Shown here: positions 10,617 through 21,098 of the stretch, piece by piece | Layout: the number at the start of each line of letters is the position of its first letter | Numbering within the stretch: the stretch's first letter is position 1 | Origin: a phage | DNA: 64,000 nucleotides | Reading direction: 5' to 3' (one strand) | Sequence record: PZ445427.1 | Program-made: the position numbers and the translations under genes | Notes under the pieces: model-generated | Database searches by the model: none | The model's input: the letters and a program-made list of their open reading frames with translations, nothing else | Told to the model about the DNA's origin: nothing

Positions 10617-10652
10617 AACTGTATTCCTTGTGTTGGTGGATTTATCTAAGAA

Positions 10653-11063
10653 TTACTTAGTGATAGCTCGGATAGCTTCTGCCAGATGAGCAGCTGCTTT
10701 ACCGGTCAGCTTGTCGATGATTGCGTCGTCCAGGAAGTCCGGTGCTAAGCCAGCATCAGAGAATGCAGAGCGAAGATCGGAGTGAGCCTGAGCTTTGGAA
10801 GTACGAGAACCACCAGAAGCTTTTTCTCCAGTAGATGCGTTTGATTTAGAAGTAGAGCCAGCAGCTTTCTTGATATACAGACCTGCTTTGGTCAGCTTCA
10901 TACGGAAACCGTTCGGAGTTACACCATTTTCCTGAGCAATTTCGCTAACAATTTCCATGCTAACGCCCGGACGCTCATCTTCTGGGAATTGCTCCATACG
11001 AGCAACGTAGTCGGAAGACATTTTTTCGAACAGTTCATCAGTCCACTGAGTTGGAGTAGTCAT
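10653..11063 (-). CDS. hypothetical protein (136 aa)
   Basis: ORF with SD AAGGAAA upstream; promoter cassette at 11122-11150. Confidence 0.5.
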   Translation of the reverse strand: MTTPTQWTDELFEKMSSDYVARMEQFPEDERPGVSMEIVSEIAQENGVTPNGFRMKLTKAGLYIKKAAGSTSKSNASTGEKASGGSRTSKAQAHSDLRSAFSDAGLAPDFLDDAIIDKLTGKAAAHLAEAIRAITK

Positions 11064-11121
11064 ATTTTTCGATTTCCTTAATTAAGAATTAAACAGAATA
11101 GTTCTTTCAAACTATGAGAAT

Positions 11122-11150
11122 ATTATATCAAGAATTACAGGATTAAGCAA
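11122..11150 (-). promoter_or_regulatory. promoter cassette (minus strand)
   Basis: minus-strand TTGCTT-N17-TATAAT. Confidence 0.55.
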
Positions 11151-11170
11151 CTGAAATTTTTCAGTAACTG

Positions 11171-11425
11171 CTACACATCTAGTTCAACGATCTCCCAATC
11201 GTCGGCCAGAGCTTCGTCTAGAGTTAGCTCAGTGGTTTTCCACGATGCATCGTCTAGCGTGAGTTTAGTACGCCCATCTTTAGACCACCACCAAGTAAAT
11301 TCTATAATGTCGTTATTATCAACATCTACTTTGATGATAGTGGTAGAATAAGTATTATTTTCCCAGCTATCTCGCTGGAGATATTTTACGTCTCCAGCTT
11401 TTAACAGATCAGTTAGTTTACTCAC
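11171..11425 (-). CDS. hypothetical protein (84 aa)
   Basis: ORF overlapping upstream gene stop (translational coupling). Confidence 0.5.
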   Translation of the reverse strand: MSKLTDLLKAGDVKYLQRDSWENNTYSTTIIKVDVDNNDIIEFTWWWSKDGRTKLTLDDASWKTTELTLDEALADDWEIVELDV

Positions 11426-12122
11426 GGCGTTTTCCTTTCTCTTTATCGAGTTTCAGTGCAGCTTTAACAGCTTCATTAACCAACGTGATAACTTCTTCAC
11501 GGCTCCATTTAAAGCCAAGAGCCTTAACATCAACTCCCAGCTTTTCCAGATGTTTAACAGAAGCTAATTCGTAGTGCATATAGTGAACGTTCTGTTGTTT
11601 ACCTTCTGATAACAACCAAACACGGTAGCAGCCAACTGGGTTAGTCATTGCTTTCTTGATTTCACCAATACACTGATAGCCAGGAACCCAAACAAGTTCA
11701 CCAACTTCAAATTCTTCTGCCATTGCATCATCAGGAATCAACGGAGGATTCAATGGATCAACAATATCGTTTAAACGAAGTAGAGCACCATAACGTTCCA
11801 GAACAGATTTAATCATCGCTACAGAACGATAGTTACGATCAGCAATTTCTTCAAAAGAATCACCAGAAAGATACTGTTCAATTACGTTTGCAAGCTCAAC
11901 CCCCTCAATCAGTGTTCCGCGCTTCTTCTTTTTCATTTCCGCAACTTGAACCTGACGATCTCTCCATTCCTCGATCATTCGTTCCATAGTTGGGTTAGAA
12001 GAAACGCCGAGCATTTCACATGCTGCTTTCTTAGTACCACCATTCTCCAGATGTTCAATAACCTTTTTAAAGGTTTCATCAGGGATTTCATGGATAAGTT
12101 TCTTTCTACGAGAACCAGCCAT
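11418..12122 (-). CDS. putative HTH DNA-binding protein (234 aa)
   Basis: N-terminal HTH-like TKKAACEMLGVSSNPTMERM; promoter cassette immediately upstream. Confidence 0.5.
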   Translation of the reverse strand: MAGSRRKKLIHEIPDETFKKVIEHLENGGTKKAACEMLGVSSNPTMERMIEEWRDRQVQVAEMKKKKRGTLIEGVELANVIEQYLSGDSFEEIADRNYRSVAMIKSVLERYGALLRLNDIVDPLNPPLIPDDAMAEEFEVGELVWVPGYQCIGEIKKAMTNPVGCYRVWLLSEGKQQNVHYMHYELASVKHLEKLGVDVKALGFKWSREEVITLVNEAVKAALKLDKEKGKRRE

Positions 12123-12153
12123 ATTTAAACTCCTCTCTCAAATTTATGAATCT

Positions 12154-12182
12154 ATTATACAGAAAAATTTTCCTAAAAGCAA
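12154..12182 (-). promoter_or_regulatory. promoter cassette (minus strand)
   Basis: minus-strand TTGCTT-N17-TATAAT plus AGATTCATAAATTTGAGAGAGGAG leader ending at ATG 12122. Confidence 0.6.
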
Positions 12183-12190
12183 ATAAATTT

Positions 12191-12424
12191 TTACGATTCT
12201 TTGAGCAAAGAAGCAAGTTCAGCATAGACTTTATCTAACTCAAAGCCAATGCGAAGAGACACACGAGTCTTCCGTTGTTTAAGTAACCATATGGAGACGT
12301 TAGGGATGCCAGCGAGACGAGGTGGTACAACCCTACATAGTTTCTCCGCAGTATCGTAAACAGAAGTTTTACGTTCTTTTACGGGAAACTTCCTTGTTTC
12401 CCACTTTTTATTCTTCGCTGTCAT
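12191..12424 (-). CDS. hypothetical small protein
   Basis: ORF to 12475; start moved to ATG 12424 (MTAKNKK) to limit overlap with upstream gene end. Confidence 0.35.
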   Translation of the reverse strand: MTAKNKKWETRKFPVKERKTSVYDTAEKLCRVVPPRLAGIPNVSIWLLKQRKTRVSLRIGFELDKVYAELASLLKES

Positions 12425-15198
12425 TTCTAGCCCCCAATTCAGCAAGAGCTTCCTCATGCATCTGACGTTCTTCATCTGTCATAAACTTAACTGGAATCGG
12501 CATACATTCGATCTTACAGTAAGTTCTGTACCAGTCCACAATCTTTTCCGTATCCAGATCTTTACCGATACCCATCATGCCAAGATACATACGAGCATAT
12601 TTTGGGTTAGCGCTCTGACCTGTCTTAAGGAAGAAATCCTTCTTCTTATTCTTAAGAGCTTCGATAAACGGTTTGATTGTTACGTTTGAACACTTTTTAA
12701 TATCTTCCCAGAACATGTCGTGCATCTTATGGAAGAATGCAGCTCTATCGTTTGGTTTATCCTTGATATACTGTTCAACGTGTTCCACTGTTACATCTTT
12801 AATAGAATCCAGATGATAATAGCGAACCAGAAGTAACTTGGCTTCATAGGCATCTGCATGACGTGGTGCACAATATTCAGGAGTTGAGTGCAAAATAGCT
12901 TTGATTCGCTCTTCTGTATACTCTTTTCCTGCACCTTCGATAGTTCCCCAGCTTTCGCTGAAAATATCGATAGTTGCACCCTGATCAAGCAGATAATAAC
13001 GCAAAGTACTAGTATAGTTTCTAGATTCCAGCTCACGACGACGTGCGTACAGTTGTTGGGCTAACTCAATCCAACCTTCGTCAATATTATATTGCTCGGA
13101 ACCCGCAGAAAATCCACTCGTAGATTTATCAATAAAATAATAAATGTTCTGAGCACCACGGTCGCGCCTGATTGCTTGAAAACGCATGTTTGGCGCTTGG
13201 TTTGAGGTTCGAGTGATAACAAATACGTTATCAAAATAGTTAAAGTCAACACCACTTGTTACAGATGGACTACATAATAAACAATCAATCTGTTGATCAA
13301 TTAGCTCATTAGTTGTATAATCCAGAATACGACGGATATCTACATCAGACGTAGAGTTTGAGTGAATTTCTTTAACTAACGCACCTGTATTACGACGTAA
13401 TGCCATTCCCTTTTCATTCAGTTCATCCGGTCCACAGTCAGATACTAGGATTGATTTCTCACCCATCTCTAGAGATGTTTGAAGTGCAACCCAAATACTG
13501 GATTCGTCAGGGAATTCATAAGCGTGAGCTTTCGCCAGCATTTTACGGTGGTGATTATAAAATGCGACTGGTTTATCAAAATCAATCAAAGAACCATAGG
13601 CTTCAATCGTTTCTGCACTGATATCACCATCAGATAAGATCACCGTTTTAGCAGTAATAAGAATATCGCGAAGAACCTGTATACATTCACGACGGTTTTT
13701 AACAACCGGAGCGAATAACAGATCATTCATTACTGCGTCACATTCATCAATAAAGATCGTATCAATCTGACCCACAAAGCTCTTGAACTTATGGATAGAG
13801 TGAATAGTTGAAGACATACGATCAATGGCACCACGTTTGAAGTTCAGCATATCAACTGACTTATCATACTGACCAGCACTGAATTTCTTCGCGTTTGAAG
13901 ATACAAGTGCCCTAGTATTCGTGATTGCAATAAAGTTTCCTGGAAGAACACCTGCATCTAGCCACTTAGTTACTGCTGTGGTTTTACCTGTACCAAGACT
14001 TGCCTTAACAAATGTTAAATGTCCTTTTGGTGGTACAATGTTAATTTTCAGGTATGGAACTTCTGGTGGAGAATCTGTATCCAGACGTTTTAATGGTACG
14101 CCTTTTAAGTTGGGCGGAATCTCACGTTTGGAGTTATTTACAAAGGCTTTGAGAGCCTGCTTACGACCGTTATTAAAGTAATCTTGAATATTACGACTAT
14201 TATCTTTAGTTGCAATATATTCAGATAAAGCTGGTTTAATCTCACGTTCTAACCACGTAAAGTCAACACCATCTTCTAACGCTCTGTGATAAAGTTTTGG
14301 GATAATACGCAGGTACACCCCATCCTCAGCTTCTTCTAGTTCGCTGATGGTTTCTTCCACTTTATCAGATGCAGCCTTCTTGCCTTTAATTTGGTCAAGT
14401 AAGGAGTAGAATTCTTCTTTAAACTCACCTCTAGTTGTTTCAAAGTCAACTAGGTTATTGGGTAGATTCACTTTCGAACCCTTAACATACACAAGACGTG
14501 GTTTATTCTCCGCTTTAAACGGATCGACTATACCATCATCAAATAAGGGATCTGCGAAATAGTGAAGCTGAACAGAAGAATAATAAGCTAAGTCAGCAAT
14601 ATCAAAGCCATACTTTTGCTTACTACTGTCATTGATGGATGTAAATAAGAATTTTAATTGCCCCTGCGTTACCTTGACATTAGATTCTAGCATTAAGTGC
14701 ATTCGGATACCTGGTTTTAATCCAGCCGAAGACGATGCATGAGCAATAAACCCTGCATCAAGAGGAAACATATCCTCACTAATACTATTCAACATCTTAA
14801 TAATATGACGTGCCATGCCAACAAGATTAAACTTGTCATAGCCACCAGTATCTACAATACCATCCACGTCCATAGCGATAATATGACTAGGATTGGATAC
14901 GTTAAAGTTTCCTCTGGTACGACGCACATTATCTTTTGGGGCTAGACATTTACCACGAATAGCTACAATATGCGGGTCTTTGGTAAGACGACGCATGATA
15001 GGTAACATTTCAGCAAGGTTTTGCGGGTCAAGTTCTTCAAGTACATCAAATTTGAAGGGCATGGAAGCTGGTTTACCTTCTGGATGCTCTTTAGAGAATC
15101 GCTTTGCAAAGGTGTAATCTTCCACTTTGATCTCTTTCCAGATGCCAGTGGCTTTATCTCTGGAAAATCCTGCGTGACCTTGTAGGATTGAGAACACA
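12408..15198 (-). CDS. large P-loop NTPase, putative replication-origin-binding helicase (T5 D2-like?)
   Basis: Walker A GTGKTTAV and helicase-like motifs; ORF runs to 15320 but GTG 15198 has AGGAG 6 nt upstream and the N-terminal extension looks non-coding. Confidence 0.6.
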
Positions 15199-15693
15199 AC
15201 AATACTCCTATGTTGGTTATTCGGATATCTTTCTTTAGGACTATTCAAAAGAATAGAACAACTATTACTACCATTTACACAAACATTAATCATCATCAAG
15301 CAGTATGAATAAGTTATCATACCTCAGTGCTGCGCTCTCTTAACTCTTATCCAGATCAGAACCTAGGTCATTGGCCGCTAAGCCGATTCTGATTGCCCTC
15401 ACTATCCTATTGGTAGGTGGCTACTGGACGTGTCACCATTCGCTGCTCTTTTCGTTCGCACCCCCATATAAAGCTCTGCCTATATAACGAGCTAAATATG
15501 CACGGTTTGGATTTACCTTTCCGAATTCAGGGTACGCAGATCACTTAATTGATAATTAACTAATGCAGTATAAACACTAGTAATAGTTAAAACAACCCTT
15601 AATGGGGCAGCCTAACTGTTCCGTATTGCGGATTGTAAACAAGAAAAATTAGCAAAATCAATTTTTACTAATGTCTCTCAATTCAATATAAAT

Positions 15694-15722
15694 ATTATAT
15701 CAAGATTTTGAGCATCCTGCAA
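15694..15722 (-). promoter_or_regulatory. promoter (minus strand) about 490 nt upstream of the large NTPase gene
   Basis: minus-strand TTGCAG-N17-TATAAT followed by the conserved ATTTATATTGAATTGAGAG leader but no nearby start codon. Confidence 0.5.
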
Positions 15723-15813
15723 GTAAAATTTTTCCGAAGGTGCTATCAGTGTCTTTGAGCACAGAGAAAACCGAGCCAAAATGACTCGGTAATCAGGATT
15801 GGACTAATGAAAA

Positions 15814-16209
15814 TCAATCATCATTTAGGCCTGGAACATAGATCCCAATGCGATTTAATTGACCTTTAGCTTCTTCGAGAATATCTTCGGTGTACTCCCA
15901 AATATCATCTTCTACTTGCAAAAGATAAGGGGATTCACCAGTTTCGGGGTCACGTGTAATGGCTAAGCCACGTGGATGGAATATAGAGAAGTTGAGGGCA
16001 ACAATCAAGCCCATACTGGACAATTCATTCCAGTCAGCTTCCCAACCATCATCTTCATCTTCGTCCACAAAGACACCTACACTAGGGTCTGTTACAGAAG
16101 TAAACGGAAATGTTACACTAACCTTGTCAACCCCCAACCAACGTGCAAGGAGCCCTTCAGCACGCTCTACCAAACTAGGATCTATCTGACGCCAAAATAC
16201 TTGTTCCAT
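15814..16209 (-). CDS. hypothetical protein, paralog of 16219..16647
   Basis: 131 aa; shared blocks MGLIVALN..F.P and GE.P...V...GW.Y with neighbour. Confidence 0.5.
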   Translation of the reverse strand: MEQVFWRQIDPSLVERAEGLLARWLGVDKVSVTFPFTSVTDPSVGVFVDEDEDDGWEADWNELSSMGLIVALNFSIFHPRGLAITRDPETGESPYLLQVEDDIWEYTEDILEEAKGQLNRIGIYVPGLNDD

Positions 16210-16218
16210 TCTGCCTCC

Positions 16219-16647
16219 TTAAGCAGTTAAACCTGGGATCATATACCCGAAACGACGAAGTTTCTGAATCCCCTCATTTACTTCTTCGGGCGAATATGAC
16301 CAGCCCTCACGTTCATTTACCTGGAAAGCAGGAGCTTCACCAGTGCGATAGTTTACAATAAGACGGTGATTTGCAGGCATAAACAGCTTATGGTTCAAGG
16401 CAAAAACCAGACCCATTTCATCGAGTTCTTTCCAGTCTACAATTTCTTCTACTCCCTCACCTAAATCCACGCTAACTCCAATACATGGAGCTTCCTCTAG
16501 TGGGCCTTTAAAGGATAGGAAGATATCGTTATTCTCACACCAAATCTTAAGCAGATTGATGGTTTCATTATACATACCATTAGGGAGAGAACGCCAGAAG
16601 TTGAGGAGCATAGGGTTTACCTCTTTCATGAAAAGATTATCGAACAT
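16219..16647 (-). CDS. hypothetical protein, paralog of 15814..16209
   Basis: 142 aa; tandem duplicate. Confidence 0.5.
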   Translation of the reverse strand: MFDNLFMKEVNPMLLNFWRSLPNGMYNETINLLKIWCENNDIFLSFKGPLEEAPCIGVSVDLGEGVEEIVDWKELDEMGLVFALNHKLFMPANHRLIVNYRTGEAPAFQVNEREGWSYSPEEVNEGIQKLRRFGYMIPGLTA

Positions 16648-16649
16648 AT

Positions 16650-17165
16650 TTACACCTTAAGTTTCTGAAGAGCCTTACACATTTCAAGATCTGGACTAAA
16701 CTCCAGCATATAGCTGATAGCATTTAAATCTTGAAGGTTTATTCCAGTCCTGCCATTTACAATAACAGTAGGGAATTGGTACATCATAGCACCAGCATCA
16801 TCTAGGACACACCAATGCTTGAGCTTATATTTTTCGACGAAACGTAAAACAGAATTACCCCGAGATAAACCACCTCCAGTAAAATCTGTTGTACCAAGGA
16901 AACGATCGATCAAACCGAGTCCGGTCATAATCTGAACGTTCTCCATTTCATTTCGTACAGAAAACCATGAAGAGACCCCAACAATCATTATTGGGGAGGG
17001 TTTAAGAAAGTTCTGAAAAGCCTGGAGTAATGGCTTATAAACCCAATCACTGCCAAAGAACAGCTTTTCACTGTCTGGAGCATGATGGTGAGAGATGCTC
17101 GAATTGAGCACCCCATCAATATCCAGGAAAATCACAGGAGTATTACTTATTTCCACCAGTAGCAT
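16650..17165 (-). CDS. HAD-superfamily phosphatase-like protein
   Basis: N-terminal motif I IFLDIDGVLN (DxDG[V/T]). Confidence 0.5.
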   Translation of the reverse strand: MLLVEISNTPVIFLDIDGVLNSSISHHHAPDSEKLFFGSDWVYKPLLQAFQNFLKPSPIMIVGVSSWFSVRNEMENVQIMTGLGLIDRFLGTTDFTGGGLSRGNSVLRFVEKYKLKHWCVLDDAGAMMYQFPTVIVNGRTGINLQDLNAISYMLEFSPDLEMCKALQKLKV

Positions 17166-17328
17166 CCCACGTCCAGACTTTAACTTCCTCAGTAAAAGGA
17201 ACCGGAACCTTCAATTCACCTTTACCCCACATAACAGATAGGAACAGAGAATAAATGGTAATCATACCGATTAGGTTGACAAACCATACTAGACCTTTCC
17301 AGATACCCTTAAAAATCTTCTTTATCAT
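17143..17328 (-). CDS. small membrane protein (61 aa)
   Basis: hydrophobic core LVWFVNLIGMITIYSLFLSVMW. Confidence 0.35.
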   Translation of the reverse strand: MIKKIFKGIWKGLVWFVNLIGMITIYSLFLSVMWGKGELKVPVPFTEEVKVWTWDATGGNK

Positions 17329-17540
17329 TCGTTCTCCTCTAGGAACGCTTTATGTTCCGGTGTGTCGATATAGATTACACAGAAATCATCTGACATATAA
17401 TCCATTTCCCACAACTCTTCACGATAGCACCATGTTTTATCTGGCCATACAATTATATCATCAGGGTGTCTTTTAGGCGATTTGTAAAATCGGGGGTCTG
17501 ATCCCATATCTCCCATTTTACCCTTATTAGGATGCGACAT
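17325..17540 (-). CDS. hypothetical protein (71 aa)
   Basis: ORF in frame-coupled operon. Confidence 0.4.
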   Translation of the reverse strand: MSHPNKGKMGDMGSDPRFYKSPKRHPDDIIVWPDKTWCYREELWEMDYMSDDFCVIYIDTPEHKAFLEENE

Positions 17541-18369
17541 AAATAGTTCCTTCCATAAAGGCTTCTACTTGACCAATGAAATGCTTGTTACCAAAAACTT
17601 CGGCAGCTCCAGCCCGCCATACAGTAACACCACGTTTCTCATATTCAAGCTGTTCATCATAGCGAACTTGAGGGTTAACAACCATCATCTTAGTTCCACG
17701 ACATACAGCAGGGAATAGTTCCCAGTTGAAGTCAATCACTTGGTTGCTACAACCTACCACAATAACCATATCATTACTAGTAAGCGTATCAAACAGGTTA
17801 ATCTGACCCATATACCACGGAGCCGTCTCACCAAAGAATGTTACGTTTGGTTTTACCCATTCGTAATCTTCAGGGGCAATCGCAGTATACCCAACATCTT
17901 CGATGATTTGATTGCGACCCTGACGATAGATCACCTCTTTCAAGTACCCGTGAGCGTGAATGATTTCATCACGAGGGATACCAGCACGTTCCAGAAGGTC
18001 ATCAACGTTAGTAGTGAAGTTCTTCACGCTATCCGCATCATAACGCTGGAACCATTCTGCAATTCGCAGATGGGCAATGTTAGGCTCAACAGTCTGTAAT
18101 TCCTGACGACGCATGTTGTAGAACTCATGAGTCTTGAGATACAGATCGTTACCATCTTCATCAATGCCAGGGAAACGAGCACTGAAGTAGTTAGGATCAT
18201 CTTCACCACAGAAGCGACGGAAGCCAGCTTCAAAGTTAGGCAAGCTACATACTTCCTCTAGATCGTACTCATCCCACAAGGATTTCCCACTAGCAGTATC
18301 AGTACGGAAAGCACGAACACCACTATCTACACTCAAACCTGCACCACTAACAACGATTAGTCTACGCAT
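17527..18369 (-). CDS. Sir2-family NAD-dependent deacylase-like protein
   Basis: N-terminal VVSGAGLSVDSGVRAFR resembles Sir2/CobB GAGIS..SGI..FR NAD-binding motif. Confidence 0.65.
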   Translation of the reverse strand: MRRLIVVSGAGLSVDSGVRAFRTDTASGKSLWDEYDLEEVCSLPNFEAGFRRFCGEDDPNYFSARFPGIDEDGNDLYLKTHEFYNMRRQELQTVEPNIAHLRIAEWFQRYDADSVKNFTTNVDDLLERAGIPRDEIIHAHGYLKEVIYRQGRNQIIEDVGYTAIAPEDYEWVKPNVTFFGETAPWYMGQINLFDTLTSNDMVIVVGCSNQVIDFNWELFPAVCRGTKMMVVNPQVRYDEQLEYEKRGVTVWRAGAAEVFGNKHFIGQVEAFMEGTIYVAS

Positions 18370-18563
18370 TATACGATTCCTTGCTTGAATCCTTCGATGA
18401 TATTTTGGAGCAGAATTGCTTCTTCTGGGCGAACCTTCTCTTGCTTAATAAGTATATCCAAACCAGCAATACAGGTAGCTACTCCAGCATTATACCCAGC
18501 ATTCCACTGCTCCATGAGCATATTTTCTAAATTACTTTTTAGATTCTGATTCAAGAAGTCCAT
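18369..18563 (-). CDS. hypothetical small protein
   Basis: internal ATG with GGAGG 7-11 nt upstream; overlaps upstream gene. Confidence 0.4.
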   Translation of the reverse strand: MDFLNQNLKSNLENMLMEQWNAGYNAGVATCIAGLDILIKQEKVRPEEAILLQNIIEGFKQGIV

Positions 18564-18735
18564 AAAGTTTTTCCTCCAATTCCATAATACGATTTTCGTA
18601 AGAAGCACGCAGCTTCTCGATGGACAAAGCACGAACTGTAACTTCATCTGAATTGATCGCTAGCTGAGCTAGATCTTCTGTTTCCATACGTCCGTTGTAA
18701 ATTAAGCGATATTTAAGATGTTTTACGTTTTTCAT
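18532..18735 (-). CDS. hypothetical small protein (67 aa)
   Basis: ORF. Confidence 0.4.
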   Translation of the reverse strand: MKNVKHLKYRLIYNGRMETEDLAQLAINSDEVTVRALSIEKLRASYENRIMELEEKLYGLLESESKK

Positions 18736-18744
18736 TCTTGTTCC

Positions 18745-19026
18745 TTAGTTCTGTACTGTAAATTCATTCTTATCACAGTGAGCATAATAATACCCATACA
18801 TACGATAAATTTTAACAGCCTTAGTAGATCCTTTGGATTCTTCATAATCAATCCAGAGCCACTTGTCTTTACCTACATAATGTACCCGAAACTTCTTAAC
18901 TTTCTTATCATTCCATGTTGCAACAACACGACGATAATCAAATCCGCCTAACCAATCGAGAGCCTTACGTTCATCACTAGGCTCTCCAAGATGTGAAACA
19001 TCTACTTTAGGAAGCAATTCGCTCAT
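18745..19026 (-). CDS. hypothetical protein (93 aa)
   Basis: ORF with promoter cassette upstream. Confidence 0.5.
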   Translation of the reverse strand: MSELLPKVDVSHLGEPSDERKALDWLGGFDYRRVVATWNDKKVKKFRVHYVGKDKWLWIDYEESKGSTKAVKIYRMYGYYYAHCDKNEFTVQN

Positions 19027-19054
19027 AGCTTTCTCCTCTCAAATTTATAAATCA

Positions 19055-19083
19055 ATTATACATAAGTTTTAGCTCGAAAGCAA
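19055..19083 (-). promoter_or_regulatory. promoter cassette (minus strand)
   Basis: minus-strand TTGCTT-N17-TATAAT plus TGATTTATAAATTTGAGAGGAG leader. Confidence 0.6.
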
Positions 19084-19124
19084 ATAAAATAAAAGCCAGG
19101 TCGACTAGCAACCTGGCTGATTCA

Positions 19125-20999
19125 TTATTTAGCGCGAATGTCCTGATGTTTCACTCGACCCATAACCTCATGTTGTTTGCCTGGGTTAAATGGACGAGCA
19201 CCTGGATTTCCAAGATATCCGCAAACTCGACGAGTTACCTCAAGAGTCTCAGGATCATGATTGCCACAAATTGGGCATTTGAAACCATCCTCAGAAGCTA
19301 TAGTTTCACCCAAGAACCCACATTCCCCACAAGAGTCTACTGGAGTATTAATACCGAAGTAATGAACTTTACTTGCAGCATAGTTAATAACCCATTCCAG
19401 TGCATCAGGGAATCGTTTCATATCCGGTAATTCCACATAGGAAATGCACCCACCAGAAGCAATAGGAGTAAAGTTAGACTCATAATCAAACTTCACATTT
19501 GGAGCAACCTTACGTTCTACATCAAGGTGATGGGAATTAGTGTAATATCCTTTAGCCAGAATATCTTCATGCTCTGGGAAATACTCACGGTCTAGGCGAC
19601 AGAAGCGATCACATAGAGATTCAGATGGTGTAGCATACAGACTATACCCTAATTGAGTCTCTTCCTTCTTCTGATCAGCACGATCACGCATGTATTGTAG
19701 CACACGTTGAACGAACTTGATACAAGACTCAGACATTGTATCTACATCTTTACCAAACATGAGTTGCAACATTTCGTGGCAGCCAATATATCCTAGGGAT
19801 ACAGAAGCACGCTTGTAGAAATGATCAAATACATATTCATCTGGCCCCAGACGTAATCCAAAGGCTCCTGACATATAGAGGATGGGCGCAGCTTTAGCTT
19901 GAATGTATTTTAAGCGATCAACCCTCCACTCCAATCCTTTTAACGCGGTATCCACACGCAGCTCAAGCAGATCGAAGAATAGATCAATATTTCCTTCCGC
20001 TTCGATAGCAATTCGAGGAAGGTTCACAGAAACAACACCTAAGTTATTACGGCCAGAAGTTTCACCATCTTCCGCAGCAGCTAGGAATGAACGACAGCCC
20101 ATAGAGACTTTGTAGTCACCAGTAACTTCTACAACCTTATCATAACTGATATAGTCAGGATACATACGTTCAGCAGTACATTTCATAGCTAACTTCTTGA
20201 TATCATAGTTAACATCACCAGGTTTCATGTTAACACCATCACGAAGTACAAATACCAGTTTAGGGAAGATAGCTGTACGTTTATTAATACCCAAACCATC
20301 CATACGCACTTCTAAGATTGCTTTCTGTACAAGACGTGCTTCCCAAGAAGTTCCTAGACCAAAACCAAAGGTAATAAATGGACTCTGACCATTAGAGTTG
20401 AACATCGTATTGATCTCATACTCTAGACCCTGACAGGCATCGTAAACTTCCTTCTCAGTCATTTCCGTAGCCATTACAGATGCTTTAGCTTCATCCTTAG
20501 TCCAACGTTTTGCAAACGCATGATTCTTATCATAAGACTTACGAACATAAGGAGCCAATACTTCATCTAATCGGTCTACAGAAGTACCACCATATTGATG
20601 TGAACTAACCTGAGTGATAATCTGAGCTGTGATAGCAGCCGCAGTAGTAATAGAGTTTGGCGTACTGATTTCAGCATTACCAACCTTCATACCGTTTTTC
20701 AACATATCTTCCAAAGCAACCAGGCAACAGTTAGTCATACCTAACGCAGCGTAATCAGCATCATGGAAGTGAATATCACCAATCATGTGAGCATTTCGAA
20801 TCTGGATTGGCATTTCTTCCAGAATCAGATATTTACTCAATTCCCCTGCAAGCATGTCCCTTTGTGTAGGGAAACGTTCTGAGGGCTTATTGGCATTATT
20901 AAACAGCAGCTCTTCATCTGCTGAACCTTCGATAATTTCTTTGCAGTTTCGAATCAAGGACTGCATTCCTTTATACTTTAGTTCTTCATTGCGATTCAT
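19125..20999 (-). CDS. nrdD: anaerobic ribonucleoside-triphosphate reductase (class III RNR)
   Basis: 624 aa; C-terminal Zn-ribbon CGECG...CPICG and glycyl-radical motif RVCGYLG. Confidence 0.85.
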   Translation of the reverse strand: MNRNEELKYKGMQSLIRNCKEIIEGSADEELLFNNANKPSERFPTQRDMLAGELSKYLILEEMPIQIRNAHMIGDIHFHDADYAALGMTNCCLVALEDMLKNGMKVGNAEISTPNSITTAAAITAQIITQVSSHQYGGTSVDRLDEVLAPYVRKSYDKNHAFAKRWTKDEAKASVMATEMTEKEVYDACQGLEYEINTMFNSNGQSPFITFGFGLGTSWEARLVQKAILEVRMDGLGINKRTAIFPKLVFVLRDGVNMKPGDVNYDIKKLAMKCTAERMYPDYISYDKVVEVTGDYKVSMGCRSFLAAAEDGETSGRNNLGVVSVNLPRIAIEAEGNIDLFFDLLELRVDTALKGLEWRVDRLKYIQAKAAPILYMSGAFGLRLGPDEYVFDHFYKRASVSLGYIGCHEMLQLMFGKDVDTMSESCIKFVQRVLQYMRDRADQKKEETQLGYSLYATPSESLCDRFCRLDREYFPEHEDILAKGYYTNSHHLDVERKVAPNVKFDYESNFTPIASGGCISYVELPDMKRFPDALEWVINYAASKVHYFGINTPVDSCGECGFLGETIASEDGFKCPICGNHDPETLEVTRRVCGYLGNPGARPFNPGKQHEVMGRVKHQDIRAK

Positions 21000-21028
21000 T
21001 ATACCCTCCTTCTCTAACTAAGACTACT

Positions 21029-21057
21029 ATTATAACTCATTCGAAGGCGGATGTCAA
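21029..21057 (-). promoter_or_regulatory. sigma70-consensus promoter for nrdD (minus strand)
   Basis: minus-strand TTGACA-N17-TATAAT; differs from the reiterated TTGCTT-type cassette. Confidence 0.6.
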
Positions 21058-21084
21058 CAATATTTTACTATAACATTCTGTAAA

Positions 21085-21098
21085 TTGATCTGAGTCAA
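21085..21098. promoter_or_regulatory. FNR/CRP-like palindrome TTGAT-N4-GTCAA upstream of nrdD promoter
   Basis: TTGATCTGAGTCAA centred about 70 nt upstream of predicted nrdD start site. Confidence 0.35.

Noticed and set aside
15199-15320. N-terminal extension of the 970-aa ORF
   Set aside because: Low-complexity residues and no SD; GTG at 15198 has AGGAG at correct spacing.
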